This document shows, piece by piece, positions 50,612 to 62,074 of a DNA stretch of 64,000 bases; position 1 is the stretch's first letter, and every line of letters starts with the position of its first letter. The notes beneath the pieces are model-generated. The model made no database searches, was not told the DNA's origin, and saw only the letters and a program-made list of their open reading frames with translations. This DNA comes from an uncultured Gemmatimonadaceae bacterium (GTDB lineage: Bacteria; Gemmatimonadota; Gemmatimonadetes; Gemmatimonadales; Gemmatimonadaceae). The stretch is taken from positions 1 through 64,000 of the forward strand of contig CAWFQK010000009.1 in NCBI GenBank assembly GCA_963817955.1. Direction: 5' to 3'. Position numbers and translations under genes: made by a program.

Positions 50612-50643
50612 CCAACGTGACTCTCTATCTAGAGTCACGTTGG
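50612..50643. promoter_or_regulatory. Perfect 13-bp inverted repeat
   Basis: CCAACGTGACTCT-CTATCT-AGAGTCACGTTGG, with no adjacent U-tract. Confidence 0.5.
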
Positions 50644-50736
50644 CGCGACTTTACCCTGTCAGCGATTTCGTGGCAACCGGAAGGGACCCGGGGCTCCGCT
50701 ACGAGTGTTAGCCGGCGTCGGGCCGCATTGAGGATT

Positions 50737-51285
50737 TCATGTCGCCACTTCCCGGTGGAGTCGCTCCGCCAGCGCAAGCAGTTCTGCGTGGGTCGTGACG
50801 TCCATTTCCTCCACCTGCGCGAACGCCGCAATGACGTCGCCGTGCGCAGGCTCGGGGATCAGCTCGCTCGCCATAGGGAACAGCATCTCGTCCTCCTTGG
50901 CGATGTGGTCGCGAAGCAGTGCCGCGTAACTACGGGCGGCCGCTATGATGCGGCCGCTCGCGCGAGTGTCGCCCGCGTCCAGCTGCCTGGCAGCCTCGCG
51001 GAGCTGACGGACGTACGCCCGGCCCTGTTCGTGTTCCTCCAACATCATCTCGATCGCGCCGCCCCGCTCCGGGGCACCGTGCCGAGTCATCGTGGGGAAC
51101 AGGACTCCCTCCTCCTTCCGATGATGCGAGCCATCGGCGAAGCGGGCAGCGAAGTCCGCGGCATCGAGAAAGAAGCGCGCCGGCACGGCCTCGCCGCGCG
51201 CGAGCCGCGCGGCGCCGGCGTCAAGCGCATCGAGCACCTGCTCGATGACGCGGTGTTCCTGCAAGAGTACGTCGATGGCTTCCAC
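50737..51285 (-). CDS. Hemerythrin (HHE) domain protein
   Basis: EHRVI, HHRKEEGVLFP, EEHEQGR, HIAKEDEMLFP. Confidence 0.92.
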   Translation of the reverse strand: MEAIDVLLQEHRVIEQVLDALDAGAARLARGEAVPARFFLDAADFAARFADGSHHRKEEGVLFPTMTRHGAPERGGAIEMMLEEHEQGRAYVRQLREAARQLDAGDTRASGRIIAAARSYAALLRDHIAKEDEMLFPMASELIPEPAHGDVIAAFAQVEEMDVTTHAELLALAERLHREVAT

Positions 51286-51303
51286 GCGGTCCTCCCGCTT
51301 CCG

Positions 51304-52383
51304 TCAGGTGGGCGTGAGCACAACTCGCTTTGCGAGCTGTCCATGATGCGCGTCGTCGAAGACCTCATTGATGCGCGAGAGCGGGTGGCGCTCGACGAAT
51401 TGCTTCACGTGAATGCGTCCGTTGGCGATCCATTCCAACAGCTCGGGATAGATGAGTGGGTCGGCCCCCCAGTTGCCGCGTGCCTCGGCGTCGTACGCCA
51501 TGAGGTTCGAGAGACACAGTTCGACTCGTTCGGCGGTATAGCCGACCACCGACAGCACGGCGCCGAAGCCTAGCAGGGCGTATGCCGTTTCCTGGCCGGC
51601 GCGCGTGCCTGAGGTCTCGAAGATCTTCCAGCAGTGCGGTGGCGCACCCAGTGCATTTGCCAGATCTCGCACGGCCTTGCGCGTGTCCTTCACGCTCATG
51701 CCATGAACGTCGATGCCGCCCTGCGCGCCGGCGGCACGTGCCTGCTCGAGCTTTGCGGCGCTCACGTCTACCGCGGCGACGATGGCACCGGCCGCGGCCG
51801 CGATCTGCACGCCGTGCACACCAATGCCGCCCGCACCGACGAATACGGCGAAGTCGCCGGCTTCGAGGCCGGAGCGCTTCACCGCCTGGAAGGGTGTCGA
51901 TATGGCATCGGAGACCACGGCGAGCTCCCACAAGTCGTGGCTGGCAAGGAGCGCGGAAGGCACAGGGCAGAGATAGCGCGCGGGGACGACAACGTGCGAC
52001 GCGAATCCGCCGTGGCGGTCGTTGCCCGGCATGACCTGGTTACGGCAGATTGCGCGGCGGCCTGCGCGGCAGAGATCACACTCGCCGCACGGCAAAACCG
52101 CTGGCACGATGACGGCCTGGCCGATGAGCCCCGCATCGACGCCCGCGCCGATTTCGCGGACCCACCCACTGATTTCGTGGCCAAGGACGAGCGGCAACGC
52201 AGACCGAGTCTTCACGCCCTGCATGAGGAAGGAGACGTCGGTGTGACAGACGCCGCAGCCGGCGACCTCCACGACCGCTTCGCCCGGCTCGGGCTTCCGA
52301 TTGGGGAGCGGACGGTGCTCCAGGCGCGCGCCGGGCGCGGTCATGAACCAAGCGTTCCACTCGGAACCCGCTACGTGCGTCAT
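51304..52383 (-). CDS. had: 6-hydroxycyclohex-1-ene-1-carbonyl-CoA dehydrogenase-like Zn dehydrogenase
   Basis: VAGCGVCHTD, LGHEISG, VPAVLPCGECDLC..C, MPGND.HGGFASH, KIFETSGT.AGQ, LSNLMAYDA..GNWG. Confidence 0.85.
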   Translation of the reverse strand: MTHVAGSEWNAWFMTAPGARLEHRPLPNRKPEPGEAVVEVAGCGVCHTDVSFLMQGVKTRSALPLVLGHEISGWVREIGAGVDAGLIGQAVIVPAVLPCGECDLCRAGRRAICRNQVMPGNDRHGGFASHVVVPARYLCPVPSALLASHDLWELAVVSDAISTPFQAVKRSGLEAGDFAVFVGAGGIGVHGVQIAAAAGAIVAAVDVSAAKLEQARAAGAQGGIDVHGMSVKDTRKAVRDLANALGAPPHCWKIFETSGTRAGQETAYALLGFGAVLSVVGYTAERVELCLSNLMAYDAEARGNWGADPLIYPELLEWIANGRIHVKQFVERHPLSRINEVFDDAHHGQLAKRVVLTPT

Positions 52384-52387
52384 TGTG

Positions 52388-54277
52388 TCATTCTCCTGTG
52401 CTGGCGACGCCATTGGCGTCGTCAAAGATGAAGGCCCCGCACTCATGGCACTGCGCGAGCGTGCGATCTCGTCCGGCGAAACAGGGGCGGTGGTCGTCCG
52501 CCAGGCGCAGCACTTTGCGCAGGAAGCGGCACTCGCACGCGGCGCTCGGCTCGTACACGGCATCGACGTAGCCGTGGGCGCGCTCGAGCACTGTGCGTAC
52601 GCGCACTTTGAGCGACGGCGTCAGCTCGCCGTCCTCGATCGACAGCTCGGAGCTGATGACGACGAAGGCGTTGACGCGCTCGTACTTCACGGCATGCGAC
52701 CGGTTGAACTCGAGGATGGTGTCGCGCAGCGACGCCTTCACCTCGCGTTCGGCGGCTGCGCGATCGGTGCCGAACTCCTCGGCGATACGGAAATAGTCGG
52801 GGAACACGAGTGCGGCGACGAAGTCACGGCCGTCGCCGGTGATGATCACGTGCCGGATGTACTTGTTCATTCCGGCGAGGCGGTTCTCGATGTCCGTCGG
52901 GACGACCTTCTCCGCGTTGAGCATTTTGAACACACGGTCCTTCCTGCCGACAAGCCGGAGCCCGTCGCCAGAGAGCTCGCCGAGGTCCCCGGTGTGGAAC
53001 CACCCATCCCCGGGAAGAGCACGCGTCGTCGCCGTCTGGTCCATGTAGTAGCCGGCCATGACGTTCAGACCGCGGATGAGAATCTCGCCGTCGGGTGCGA
53101 TGCGGACGCTGACGCCGGGAATGGGATAGCCAACCATGCCCGGCACCGCTCTGGCCTCGGCGGGATCGGTGAGTGTGCAGCAGGGCGAGGTCTCCGTGAG
53201 GCCCCACCCTTCGACGACGGCAACTCCCTTGGACGCGAAAAATTGCGACAGGTTCGCGGGGAGCGGCGCCGCCGCTGTGAATACGAAGCGTAGATCGGGA
53301 TGGAAGATCGACGCGTCGTCTTCCGGATGCGCTTGCGCGTGGGCCACGAGTTGCTGGTAGACCTTCGGCACGCTGAAGTAGATCGTGGGGCGCGTCTCGA
53401 TCCAGTTGCGGAGCAGGGCAGCAAAGTCGCGGCCCAGGGAATCGTCGATATAGATGGTCGCGCCATTATGCAGCGCGGTGTACTTCTCGAAGATCCCGCC
53501 GAAGCTGTGGTGCCAGGGGAGATACGATAGGAAACGGTCGTTCGACGTGACGTCCCACAGCGCCGCGAGGGCACGCCGCTGCGAGAGAATGTTGTCGTGG
53601 GTGAGGAGCACCCCTTTGAGAGCGCCGCTGGTGCCTGACGTGTACATCATGAGGCAGGGCGCATCAACGTCGATCGCGCATGACTGAGCGATGAACTCGC
53701 GGCGCGTGACGTCGCTGGGCCGCAAACGACGCACGACCTCATTGAAGGCGAAGCGGCCGTGCTGCGCCTCCGGCGTACTGTCGAAGGTCAACACCGCCTT
53801 CGCCGACGCTGGAATCTTGATGCGGTCCGCGTTCGCCGCATCGGCGAAGATCACGATGCTCGGCGCCGCGTGCTCGAGGAGCTCCGCGGTCTGCTCCGGC
53901 GAGTACCCGGCGAAGAGCGGGACGTACACGGCACCAAGTGCCATCGTACCAAATTCCGCCGTCAACATCGCCGACCGGTTCCGCGAGACGACCGCTACGC
54001 GGTCGCCTGGGACGGTGCCTTGCTCCATGAGAAAGCAGCGGAAGGCGCAGGCGTCGTCCAGCAGTTGGACCCACGACGTTGCCCGGTATGCGCCGTCGCG
54101 CCGCTCGCAACATACGGCGAGATCACCGAAACGTGCCGCATTACGGGCCAGCAGCGCGCCAACGCTCTCGCGCTCTCCATGGGGAGCCAGCGAGCATGTC
54201 AGCGTGTCGTCCTGACGCACCGACGCTCGCGCGTGATTCAACGGGAGCCGCCTGGAAAGCTGCTCGTCAGATTTCAT
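52388..54277 (-). CDS. AMP-dependent acyl-CoA ligase (long-chain FACL type) with a Cys-rich tail
   Basis: MYTSGTSG..KGVLLTH, EGWGLTET, WFHTGDLG, GELTPSLKVR. Confidence 0.9.
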   Translation of the reverse strand: MKSDEQLSRRLPLNHARASVRQDDTLTCSLAPHGERESVGALLARNAARFGDLAVCCERRDGAYRATSWVQLLDDACAFRCFLMEQGTVPGDRVAVVSRNRSAMLTAEFGTMALGAVYVPLFAGYSPEQTAELLEHAAPSIVIFADAANADRIKIPASAKAVLTFDSTPEAQHGRFAFNEVVRRLRPSDVTRREFIAQSCAIDVDAPCLMMYTSGTSGALKGVLLTHDNILSQRRALAALWDVTSNDRFLSYLPWHHSFGGIFEKYTALHNGATIYIDDSLGRDFAALLRNWIETRPTIYFSVPKVYQQLVAHAQAHPEDDASIFHPDLRFVFTAAAPLPANLSQFFASKGVAVVEGWGLTETSPCCTLTDPAEARAVPGMVGYPIPGVSVRIAPDGEILIRGLNVMAGYYMDQTATTRALPGDGWFHTGDLGELSGDGLRLVGRKDRVFKMLNAEKVVPTDIENRLAGMNKYIRHVIITGDGRDFVAALVFPDYFRIAEEFGTDRAAAEREVKASLRDTILEFNRSHAVKYERVNAFVVISSELSIEDGELTPSLKVRVRTVLERAHGYVDAVYEPSAACECRFLRKVLRLADDHRPCFAGRDRTLAQCHECGAFIFDDANGVASTGE

Positions 54278-55109
54278 GAGCGGCGCTCTCGGCTGTGGTC
54301 ATCATTGGGTGGGGTTTGGTGGCTGCCGGGCCGACGGATGAGGCTCCGTCCCGCGCGGCGAGTGCCGCGCCAAACGCGCCCATCTCCTGTGGGTGCGGCG
54401 GCACGACGATGTCTACATGCAGTTCGCGGGCGAGCAGCGTCACCATGGTCGGGTGATGTGCAATGACACCGCCCGTGGCGACGACGCGGCCTTGCAGCAC
54501 GTCCATGGCGACGATGCGCTTCACGAGCGAGCGATACGCGGCCATGGCGAGATCGGCCGGGCGCTTGCCGCTGCGAATGAGCGTGAGCAACTCGGTTCCG
54601 GCAAACACCGTGCAGAAGCTCGACAACTCCAGGTCCTCTCGCGTTTCGGCGGTGAGCGCGTCCATGTCCTCGATGGGGACGCCGAGACGCAGCGCGATTT
54701 CATCAAGAAAGCTCCCGGTCCCGGCGGCGCACTTGCGATTCATGCGGTGCGAAACGCGCTGGCCTCCAACGTCGAGGCGAATGACCTTGGCATCTTGTCC
54801 ACCGATGTCGATGACGGTCAACGGTCCGGGAACGTAGAAGGCGGCGCCGCGTGCGTGGCAATCGAGCTCGGTTCTGGAGCCATGCGCAAACGGCACACTC
54901 TGCCGCCCGAAACCGGTGGACCACACAGCGTGGATGTCGCCGCACGCGCACCCTGCGCGCGCGAGGGCATCGGCGTACGCGCGTTCGGCCGCTCCGGCGA
55001 GATCGGCACCGGACCGCACGACAGACGTGCCGAGCACTCGTGCATCGCTGTCGATGATGACAGCCTTGGTGTTCCATGAGCCGCTATCGATTCCCGCATA
55101 CTGCATCAT
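54267..55109 (-). CDS. BadF/BadG/BcrA/BcrD-type ATP-dependent activase
   Basis: GIDSGS..TK, STGFGR, IDIGGQDAK, MNRKCAAGTG, SSFCTVFA, GAFGAA. Confidence 0.92.
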   Translation of the reverse strand: MMQYAGIDSGSWNTKAVIIDSDARVLGTSVVRSGADLAGAAERAYADALARAGCACGDIHAVWSTGFGRQSVPFAHGSRTELDCHARGAAFYVPGPLTVIDIGGQDAKVIRLDVGGQRVSHRMNRKCAAGTGSFLDEIALRLGVPIEDMDALTAETREDLELSSFCTVFAGTELLTLIRSGKRPADLAMAAYRSLVKRIVAMDVLQGRVVATGGVIAHHPTMVTLLARELHVDIVVPPHPQEMGAFGAALAARDGASSVGPAATKPHPMMTTAESAAHEI

Positions 55110-56347
55110 GCGCTGCTACCCCGATTGGCGATCTTCGCATCGGCGAGCTGCTCGACAAATCCCTCCATGTTCGTGCGCGTCTGCTCATCGGACACGCAGC
55201 GAAGATCGTTCACGTCACCATCCAGGATGAGCGATGGGATGCCGATGCGCTCGGTGAGACGGGCGGGCATGCCGTAGCGGCTGTTCGTGTTGTTCGGGCA
55301 GGTACGGCAGTCATGGTAGATGATACCGTCGACGTGATACAACTCGGCCATGCGCGCGATATAGTCTTCCTTCGCCTGCTCCGACCGGACGATGAACAGC
55401 TCCAGCGAGGCGCGCGCCATCGACTGGATGGGATTTGCGGGATCGAGTGCGGAGAAGATCCAGCTATTGCAATAGGTGGAGGCGACGACCGCGCTGCGAA
55501 ACTCGGCGAACAATGTGGATAGCGCGCGCAGCCGGCCCCAGATCGGCATGCCGTCCCAGAACAGGCGAAACGTTTCACCCTCGACGGCCGCGGCGTTCTG
55601 TTGCGCGCGCGTTTCCAGTTCGGCGAGCAGGACGCGGTAATACGCGCACGCCTCTTCGGCGCCCCTCAGCACGACGGCTGGGCCCATGTGGATGGTGCCG
55701 TCGAAGAACGTGAGTGGCGCTGGCTCATGCGCTGCCGTACGAAGGCACAGCTCCCACAGGTCCGAGCAGTCACGCGAATGGCGCACCGCGGCTTCGAGCC
55801 GCTGCGAATCCAGCCGCGTGCCGGCCACGGCTTCGAGCGTCGGCACGAGGCGCTCGATCTGCTTGGCGATGGCGTCCACGTCGTCCTGTGTGACGACTTC
55901 AAGCGAACGAGGCGAGCGAATGCCGACGACCGGTACGTTCCATGTACGCCCGTACCACTCGAACCAGTCGCGCACGTCGCGGCACTGGTTGGTATTGAAC
56001 ACGAGCACGTCTGGTCGCGGCGTGCCTGCAAGACCGTACGCTGTCAGCGGTGACTCGCCGGCGAGATATGCGCCGACGTCGCTCGTCAGATACGAGCAGA
56101 TTTCCTGCGAGTAGCCGTGCGCGTGCGCGAGCGGCATGTATCGGTTGGCCGTACGTGCCGCGCCGAGCATGGCCGCGTGGTTCTCTGGAAAGAACACGCG
56201 GAAGCCCAGGGCGCGCAGCAGTTCGGCGGGGCCGACGCTCGTGCACCAGGCGACCGGCGCGGTTCGCCGTTCCGCGGCGTCACCGAGGTCGCGAAAGTAC
56301 GCGTCCATCGTTGCTTTGAGCGTGGCGGCCGATGCGAGCGTAGTCAT
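55106..56347 (-). CDS. 2-hydroxyacyl-CoA dehydratase / class I benzoyl-CoA reductase Fe-S subunit
   Basis: FPENH, EICSY, NTNQC, RLFWDGMPIW, HDCRTC, LILDGD..QTRTNMEGF. Confidence 0.88.
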   Translation of the reverse strand: MTTLASAATLKATMDAYFRDLGDAAERRTAPVAWCTSVGPAELLRALGFRVFFPENHAAMLGAARTANRYMPLAHAHGYSQEICSYLTSDVGAYLAGESPLTAYGLAGTPRPDVLVFNTNQCRDVRDWFEWYGRTWNVPVVGIRSPRSLEVVTQDDVDAIAKQIERLVPTLEAVAGTRLDSQRLEAAVRHSRDCSDLWELCLRTAAHEPAPLTFFDGTIHMGPAVVLRGAEEACAYYRVLLAELETRAQQNAAAVEGETFRLFWDGMPIWGRLRALSTLFAEFRSAVVASTYCNSWIFSALDPANPIQSMARASLELFIVRSEQAKEDYIARMAELYHVDGIIYHDCRTCPNNTNSRYGMPARLTERIGIPSLILDGDVNDLRCVSDEQTRTNMEGFVEQLADAKIANRGSSA

Positions 56348-57138
56348 GACGGCTCTCCAGCACGCAGCGTCATGAGCGCGGCCCCGACCGCGGCCGTGTA
56401 GATCGGCTCTTGCACGGCGTGCACGGGAATGCCGGCCAGTGATTCCAGGGCTTGCAGCACGCCCGGGAAGAACTCGACGACGCCGCCGCAGACATACAGT
56501 GGCTCGCAGAACCCGCCGATCTCGACAATGCGCTCGGCGACCGACCGCATGCAGCCGAGCGCGACCTCTTCTCTCGTCGCGCCGTCGCGCAGTCGTTCGA
56601 GCACCTCGGTCGCCGAGAAGACAGAGCAGTAGCTGCTGACGGTGACGGAATGTTCGGCGGCGGCGGCGAGCTCCTGGAGCCGCGTCGGCGGCACATCGAG
56701 GTGGCGCGCAGTGAACATGAGAAAACTGCCGATGCCCAGCGCGCAGCGCCGCACGCCGCGCGCATCCGTGCGGCGGCCGAGGTCATCGACGCGGATCACA
56801 TGCGGATCGCGTCCGCCGATGTCCACGAGCGTCATGGAGTGCGAGACGTGCTGGAAGGCGCCGAGTGCGTGACAGGCCCCGTTGCTGGCGCGCAGCGTTG
56901 CGTCGGCAACGCAGTCCATACCGAATCCAGTCGCGCCGATCGCATCGATCGCGTCTGCGTCGAGCTGTGCATCCTCGAGGGCCGCGGCCAGCGCCTCAAA
57001 GGCGCACGCCTGGAAATATCCGCGGATCGGCGTCACGGCGCGTCCGAGCACGCGCCCGTCCTCGCTCGCCACGACGGCTTTGACGCACTCCGTTCCGACG
57101 TCGATGCCGGCAGCGATTCTCATCCGATGATCGGGCAT
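56344..57138 (-). CDS. Second BadF/BadG-type activase subunit
   Basis: GIDVGTECVK, ATGFG, VDIGGRD, RRCALGIG, SSYCSVFS. Confidence 0.88.
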   Translation of the reverse strand: MPDHRMRIAAGIDVGTECVKAVVASEDGRVLGRAVTPIRGYFQACAFEALAAALEDAQLDADAIDAIGATGFGMDCVADATLRASNGACHALGAFQHVSHSMTLVDIGGRDPHVIRVDDLGRRTDARGVRRCALGIGSFLMFTARHLDVPPTRLQELAAAAEHSVTVSSYCSVFSATEVLERLRDGATREEVALGCMRSVAERIVEIGGFCEPLYVCGGVVEFFPGVLQALESLAGIPVHAVQEPIYTAAVGAALMTLRAGEPS

Positions 57139-57157
57139 GCGTATCGCTCCTGTCGCC

Positions 57158-59448
57158 TCAGTACGCCACGAGGCGGTCGGTGAAGAGCTCACGGTGCTCC
57201 TCGATGAAATCCGCAAGCTGGCGCTCGAGCCGCTCGGCGGAAAAGAGACGGGCGTCGTGCGCGTCGGCCTCGAGGACGAGTGTCGGAATGTCCGTGAGCC
57301 GTTGGCCGCGTGCGCCAAGACCGTAACCCAAATGACTTGCCTCATGCGACGTGCGGCAATGATGAAGCACGATCGCGTTGACGCCGTATTCCTCCAGCCG
57401 CGAATCCACCGACGCGTTCCGGTAAGCTTCCGAGCGATTGCCGGAGACTCCGGCGTAGGCGGCCCCCATGCTCGAGAGTGGATCGCGACCGTCGAGTGCC
57501 GTGAGCGCAAAGGTGCTCGCGTACGTGGACGCGACGATCGCTACGCCGCGGGCGGCAAAAATGTCGGCCAGGGTGTGGCGTGCGCACCAGACGGGCGGAC
57601 CTTCCCAGTACACGCGATGTGTCTGGTTGGGAACAGCGGCGATGCCGCGAGCCATCCGATCCTCGAGCTCCGAGGCGAGCAGGCGATAGTAATCGACCGC
57701 TGCGCGCGTTCCGCGGAGCAGCACCAGCGGTGCCAGGTGAACCTGCGCGTCGAAGAATGTCAGCGGTGCCGGATTCGTGCGCGCCATGCCGAGGATATGC
57801 GCCCACAACAGGGAGGCTTCGGCGCTCGCGCTCACGACCTCGGAGAGGCGGCTCATCTCGAGCGAGCGTCCCGTGACTGTCTCCAGGCGCTCGATCAGCC
57901 GAGCCAATTGTGCCGTTGCCCCATCGATGTCTGTTCGCTCCAGCACGTGTGAGCCCGGGCGGGAAATGCAGGCCCACAGTCGGCACATGAAAATGCGAAC
58001 CATAGAACTCGAACCAGGGCTGCAACTCGTGGCCGGTGTTCGTGCTGTACACGACCACGTCCGGCCGCGGTGGGCCAGCAATGCCGTGCGTGGCGACGAG
58101 CGGGCTGGTGCCTGCCAGCAGCGCCCCGATATCCGAGCGCATGGCCGAACTGACGAACGGCGAGTACCCCTCGGCGGCGGCACGGGCCAGCGCGGCGTGC
58201 GACTGCCCGGTCATGCTGATCAGCGCCGCATGATGCTCGGGCAAGTAGGGCGTGACATCGAGCGCGCGGAGGATCTCCACCGGAGCGAGCGACGAGCACG
58301 CAGCCACTGTACGCAGCGGATCGGCCGCCGCGGCCGCCAGATCGACGTAGTACTCGTGGACGATCTCCTTCAGTTTGCGCGTACTCTCGAGGGGCGGAAC
58401 TGTACGGCCCGCCATCGGACGCCGGTGACCAGTGTGCCGTCCCGTCGCACTCGCGACCGGTGGTCCGCCAGTCGCGCGATGCTCCACGATTCCCAGTTGC
58501 TGAACCACCTGCTCCTTCTGGAGGAAGGTGTTCCGCTCGCGCGAATGAATGAAGTGCGTGATTGCCGCATTGTGTGGCGCCTGCATTCCCAGCCGCGTGG
58601 CTTCAGCCACGACGGCGCCGTTCAGCGCGTCGACCTCGGTCCGCTTACCGCGCGACAGGTCCTGCCACATGGAAGGGCGATTCTTGCCGAGGGAGCGCAA
58701 CGAACTGATCACCGGGCGGAAGGGATCTTCCTCGTCGACGATCGGAATGCCTTTGGCGCGCATCACGGCGATGATTTCCTCACAGAGCGCGCGCATGAAC
58801 GCCATGAGGTCCGGATCGCCGAGCATTTCGCGGCAGGTGAGACCCGTGAGCGCCGACGTGGGATTCACGACCGCGTTGTGGAGAAGCTTCTGCCAGATCG
58901 CGTGCTCCACATTGTCAACGAGGTCAGTGTTCAGGCCCGCCCGATTGAAGATCTCGGCGACAGCCTCCGTGACAGGGGAGCGCTCACCAACGAACGGGGC
59001 GATCTGAATGGGCTTGATGCCCGTGCGGTAGTTCAGACGGCGCGGACCGGCGTGCTGGATGCTGTGATACGTGATGCCGCAGAGCACGCGCCCCGGAGCG
59101 ACGAGCGACGCCAGCTTCTGCGCGTTGCCAACGCCGTTCTGGAGCGAGAGAAACAGCGTCTTGTCTGAGCACGCTGGCAGTATGGCGCGGACGGCACTCT
59201 CCGTCTCATAACCCTTCACGGCCACGAAGACGAGATCGAGATCCGATAGCTCATCGACGCTCGAGACGACGTTCAGCGGAACGCATACCTCTTCTTCGCC
59301 GACGCGGGAGATGAGGAGGCCGTCCTGCCGCAGGAGATGTGCGCGTGCCGCGTTCACCTCGAGCAGCACGACGTCCTCGCCAGCTCGCGTCAGTTGCGCG
59401 CCGACGAGTCCGCCCAGCGCGCCGGCTCCGACGAATGAGTATTCGCAT
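57158..59448 (-). CDS. Fusion of ketopantoate reductase (PanE/ApbA) and a HAD/BCR-family subunit (indels near 59433 and 57950)
   Basis: GAGALGG, LSLQNG, WQKLLHN..NP, SMWQD..TEVDALNG, continuing in frame through a linker into LPEHH..RVYWEGPPVW..LVLEADAHD. Confidence 0.82.
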
Positions 59449-59476
59449 TTCGGGCCCCCTCCGACCGCCACGTGGC

Positions 59477-60264
59477 TCATTTATTACTCCAGACCGGCCG
59501 TCGCTTTTCGAAGAAAGCTGCGATGCCCTCGCGCACGTCGTCGGTCTGCATCAGTTCCTCGAGGAACACTCGCTCTGCCTCCTCTCGGGCCTCGCCGAAC
59601 GGCCGGTGCAAGAGCGCACGGGTCAGGCGCACGTTCATCCGCATCACGGCCGCACTCGACGCGGCGCAGGTCGGCCAGCACCTCGTCGAGCGCGCCGGCG
59701 AGCGCCTCCGGTGCGACGACGCGCGAGACCAATCCCAAGGCGCACATTTCATCCGCGGAGTACACGCGTCCGCGCGCCGTGACCTCGATCGCTCGGCCGA
59801 CACCGATGCGCGCGGGCGAGCCAGGCGACACCGACCGGCGCAAAGAAGCCGAGCCGGATCTCCGGTTGCCCGAAGGTGGCACGGTTGCTGGCGAGCAGGA
59901 TGTCCGCCATCATGGCGAGCTCGAACCCCGCACCGAGCGCCGCGCCATCGACCGCGACCACGATCGGCAGCTCGCTCTCGCCAAGCGCGGCAAAGAGGCG
60001 GCTGAAGGCTCGCGATCATTGCGGGCGCGTTCTCAGGCCGATGTTCGCCGACGTCGGCGCCCGCCGAGAAGGCGCGTCCCTCCGCTTGCAGCACGAATGC
60101 CTTGAGCGACGGCTCGCGTCCGGCGGCGTTCGACCGCGGTGGCGAGCTCGCAGCATTACCTCCGCCGTCGACAATATTCACCGGCGGCGCGCAGAGCGTG
60201 ACGAACGCCACGTCGTCTTGCGTGGCGTAGCGCACCAAATTCGTTACTTCTGTGCTGCTGGCAT
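59477..60264 (-). CDS. Enoyl-CoA hydratase, Dch (dienoyl-CoA hydratase)-like, frameshifted
   Basis: PPVNI, FSAGADVGEH, ALGAGFELA, FGQPEIRLG, FLEELM.T.D..EGIAAFFEKRRPVW. Confidence 0.8.
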
Positions 60265-60276
60265 GCCGCTCTCCGG

Positions 60277-61039
<763 letters not shown>

Positions 61040-61041
61040 CG

Positions 61042-62039
61042 TCACATCTTACTCGGCTGCCTGATCATGCGATCCGGCAACGCCGCGCCGCAAGTGCCGC
61101 AGAAGGTGAACTGCTTCGGGAATGCCCTTCGCACCGCACTTCGCGCACGTCCTTTGCCGTACGGCCCCCAGAGGAATTCGCTGCTGCCGCTCTCGCTGCG
61201 GCCGCCTGCGCGCGCAGTCCGCATGAAATCGATCTTCCGCTTCTCGACGAACGCCTGCATGCCCTCGTACGGCTCGAGCGTCGTGAAATGCGTCGAGAGC
61301 CAGTCGCGCGCGTGGCCGACGGTCGCGTGCCACGGCGCTTCCTTCCAGTAGTTCACCTGCTGCTTGGTGTAGCGCGTGCACTCGGGGAACTTCTCGAGCA
61401 GCTGCTTGACGAGCGCGCGCACTTCGTCATCGAGCTGCGCGCGCGGCACCACGCGGTTCACGAGCCCCACTCCAGCGCCGTTTGCCGCGGGGATGCGCGG
61501 GTTCAGGAACAGCATCTCGCGAGCGCGGCGGTCGCCGACAGTGATCGAGAGCCACTGCGTGGCGCCGCCGCACGCGACGCTGCCTACGCTCGTCCCGACC
61601 TGGCCGAGGTACGTGTCGTCGGCCATCACCGCGAGGTCGCAGGCGAGCTGCGTCTCGTTGCCGCCGCCGACGGCGATGCCGTTGATGCGCGCGATCGTCA
61701 CCTTGCCGCTTCGCAGGATGCTCTCGATGTACTTGGCGAAGAGCCCCATGTACTTGAAGTAGTCGTGCGGGCTCTGCGTGTAGACGTGCCTGCGTACTCC
61801 TTCACGTCGCCGCCGGTGCAGAACGCCTTTTCGCCGGCGCCCGTCAGCACGATGACGCCGACGCTGTCGTCGTTCGACGCGTCGTCGATCGCCGTGATGA
61901 GCTCCTGCAGCGTGACGTGGTGTAGCAGTTGAAGGACTCCGGCCGGTTGATCGTGATGCGGCCCACCCAGTCCTTCTTCTCGTACAGGATGTCCTTGAAG
62001 CCGAAGCCTGGCAGCCTCCTTCGAGGCGAAATAGTTCAT
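61042..62039 (-). CDS. Oah/MenB-like crotonase (ring-opening hydrolase candidate) with a C-terminal Zn ribbon, frameshifted
   Basis: [44 protein letters not shown], then CAKC..FCGTCG. Confidence 0.78.
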
Positions 62040-62074
62040 TTGGGTGTCGTAATCCTCTCTGTCGTCCCGATCGT

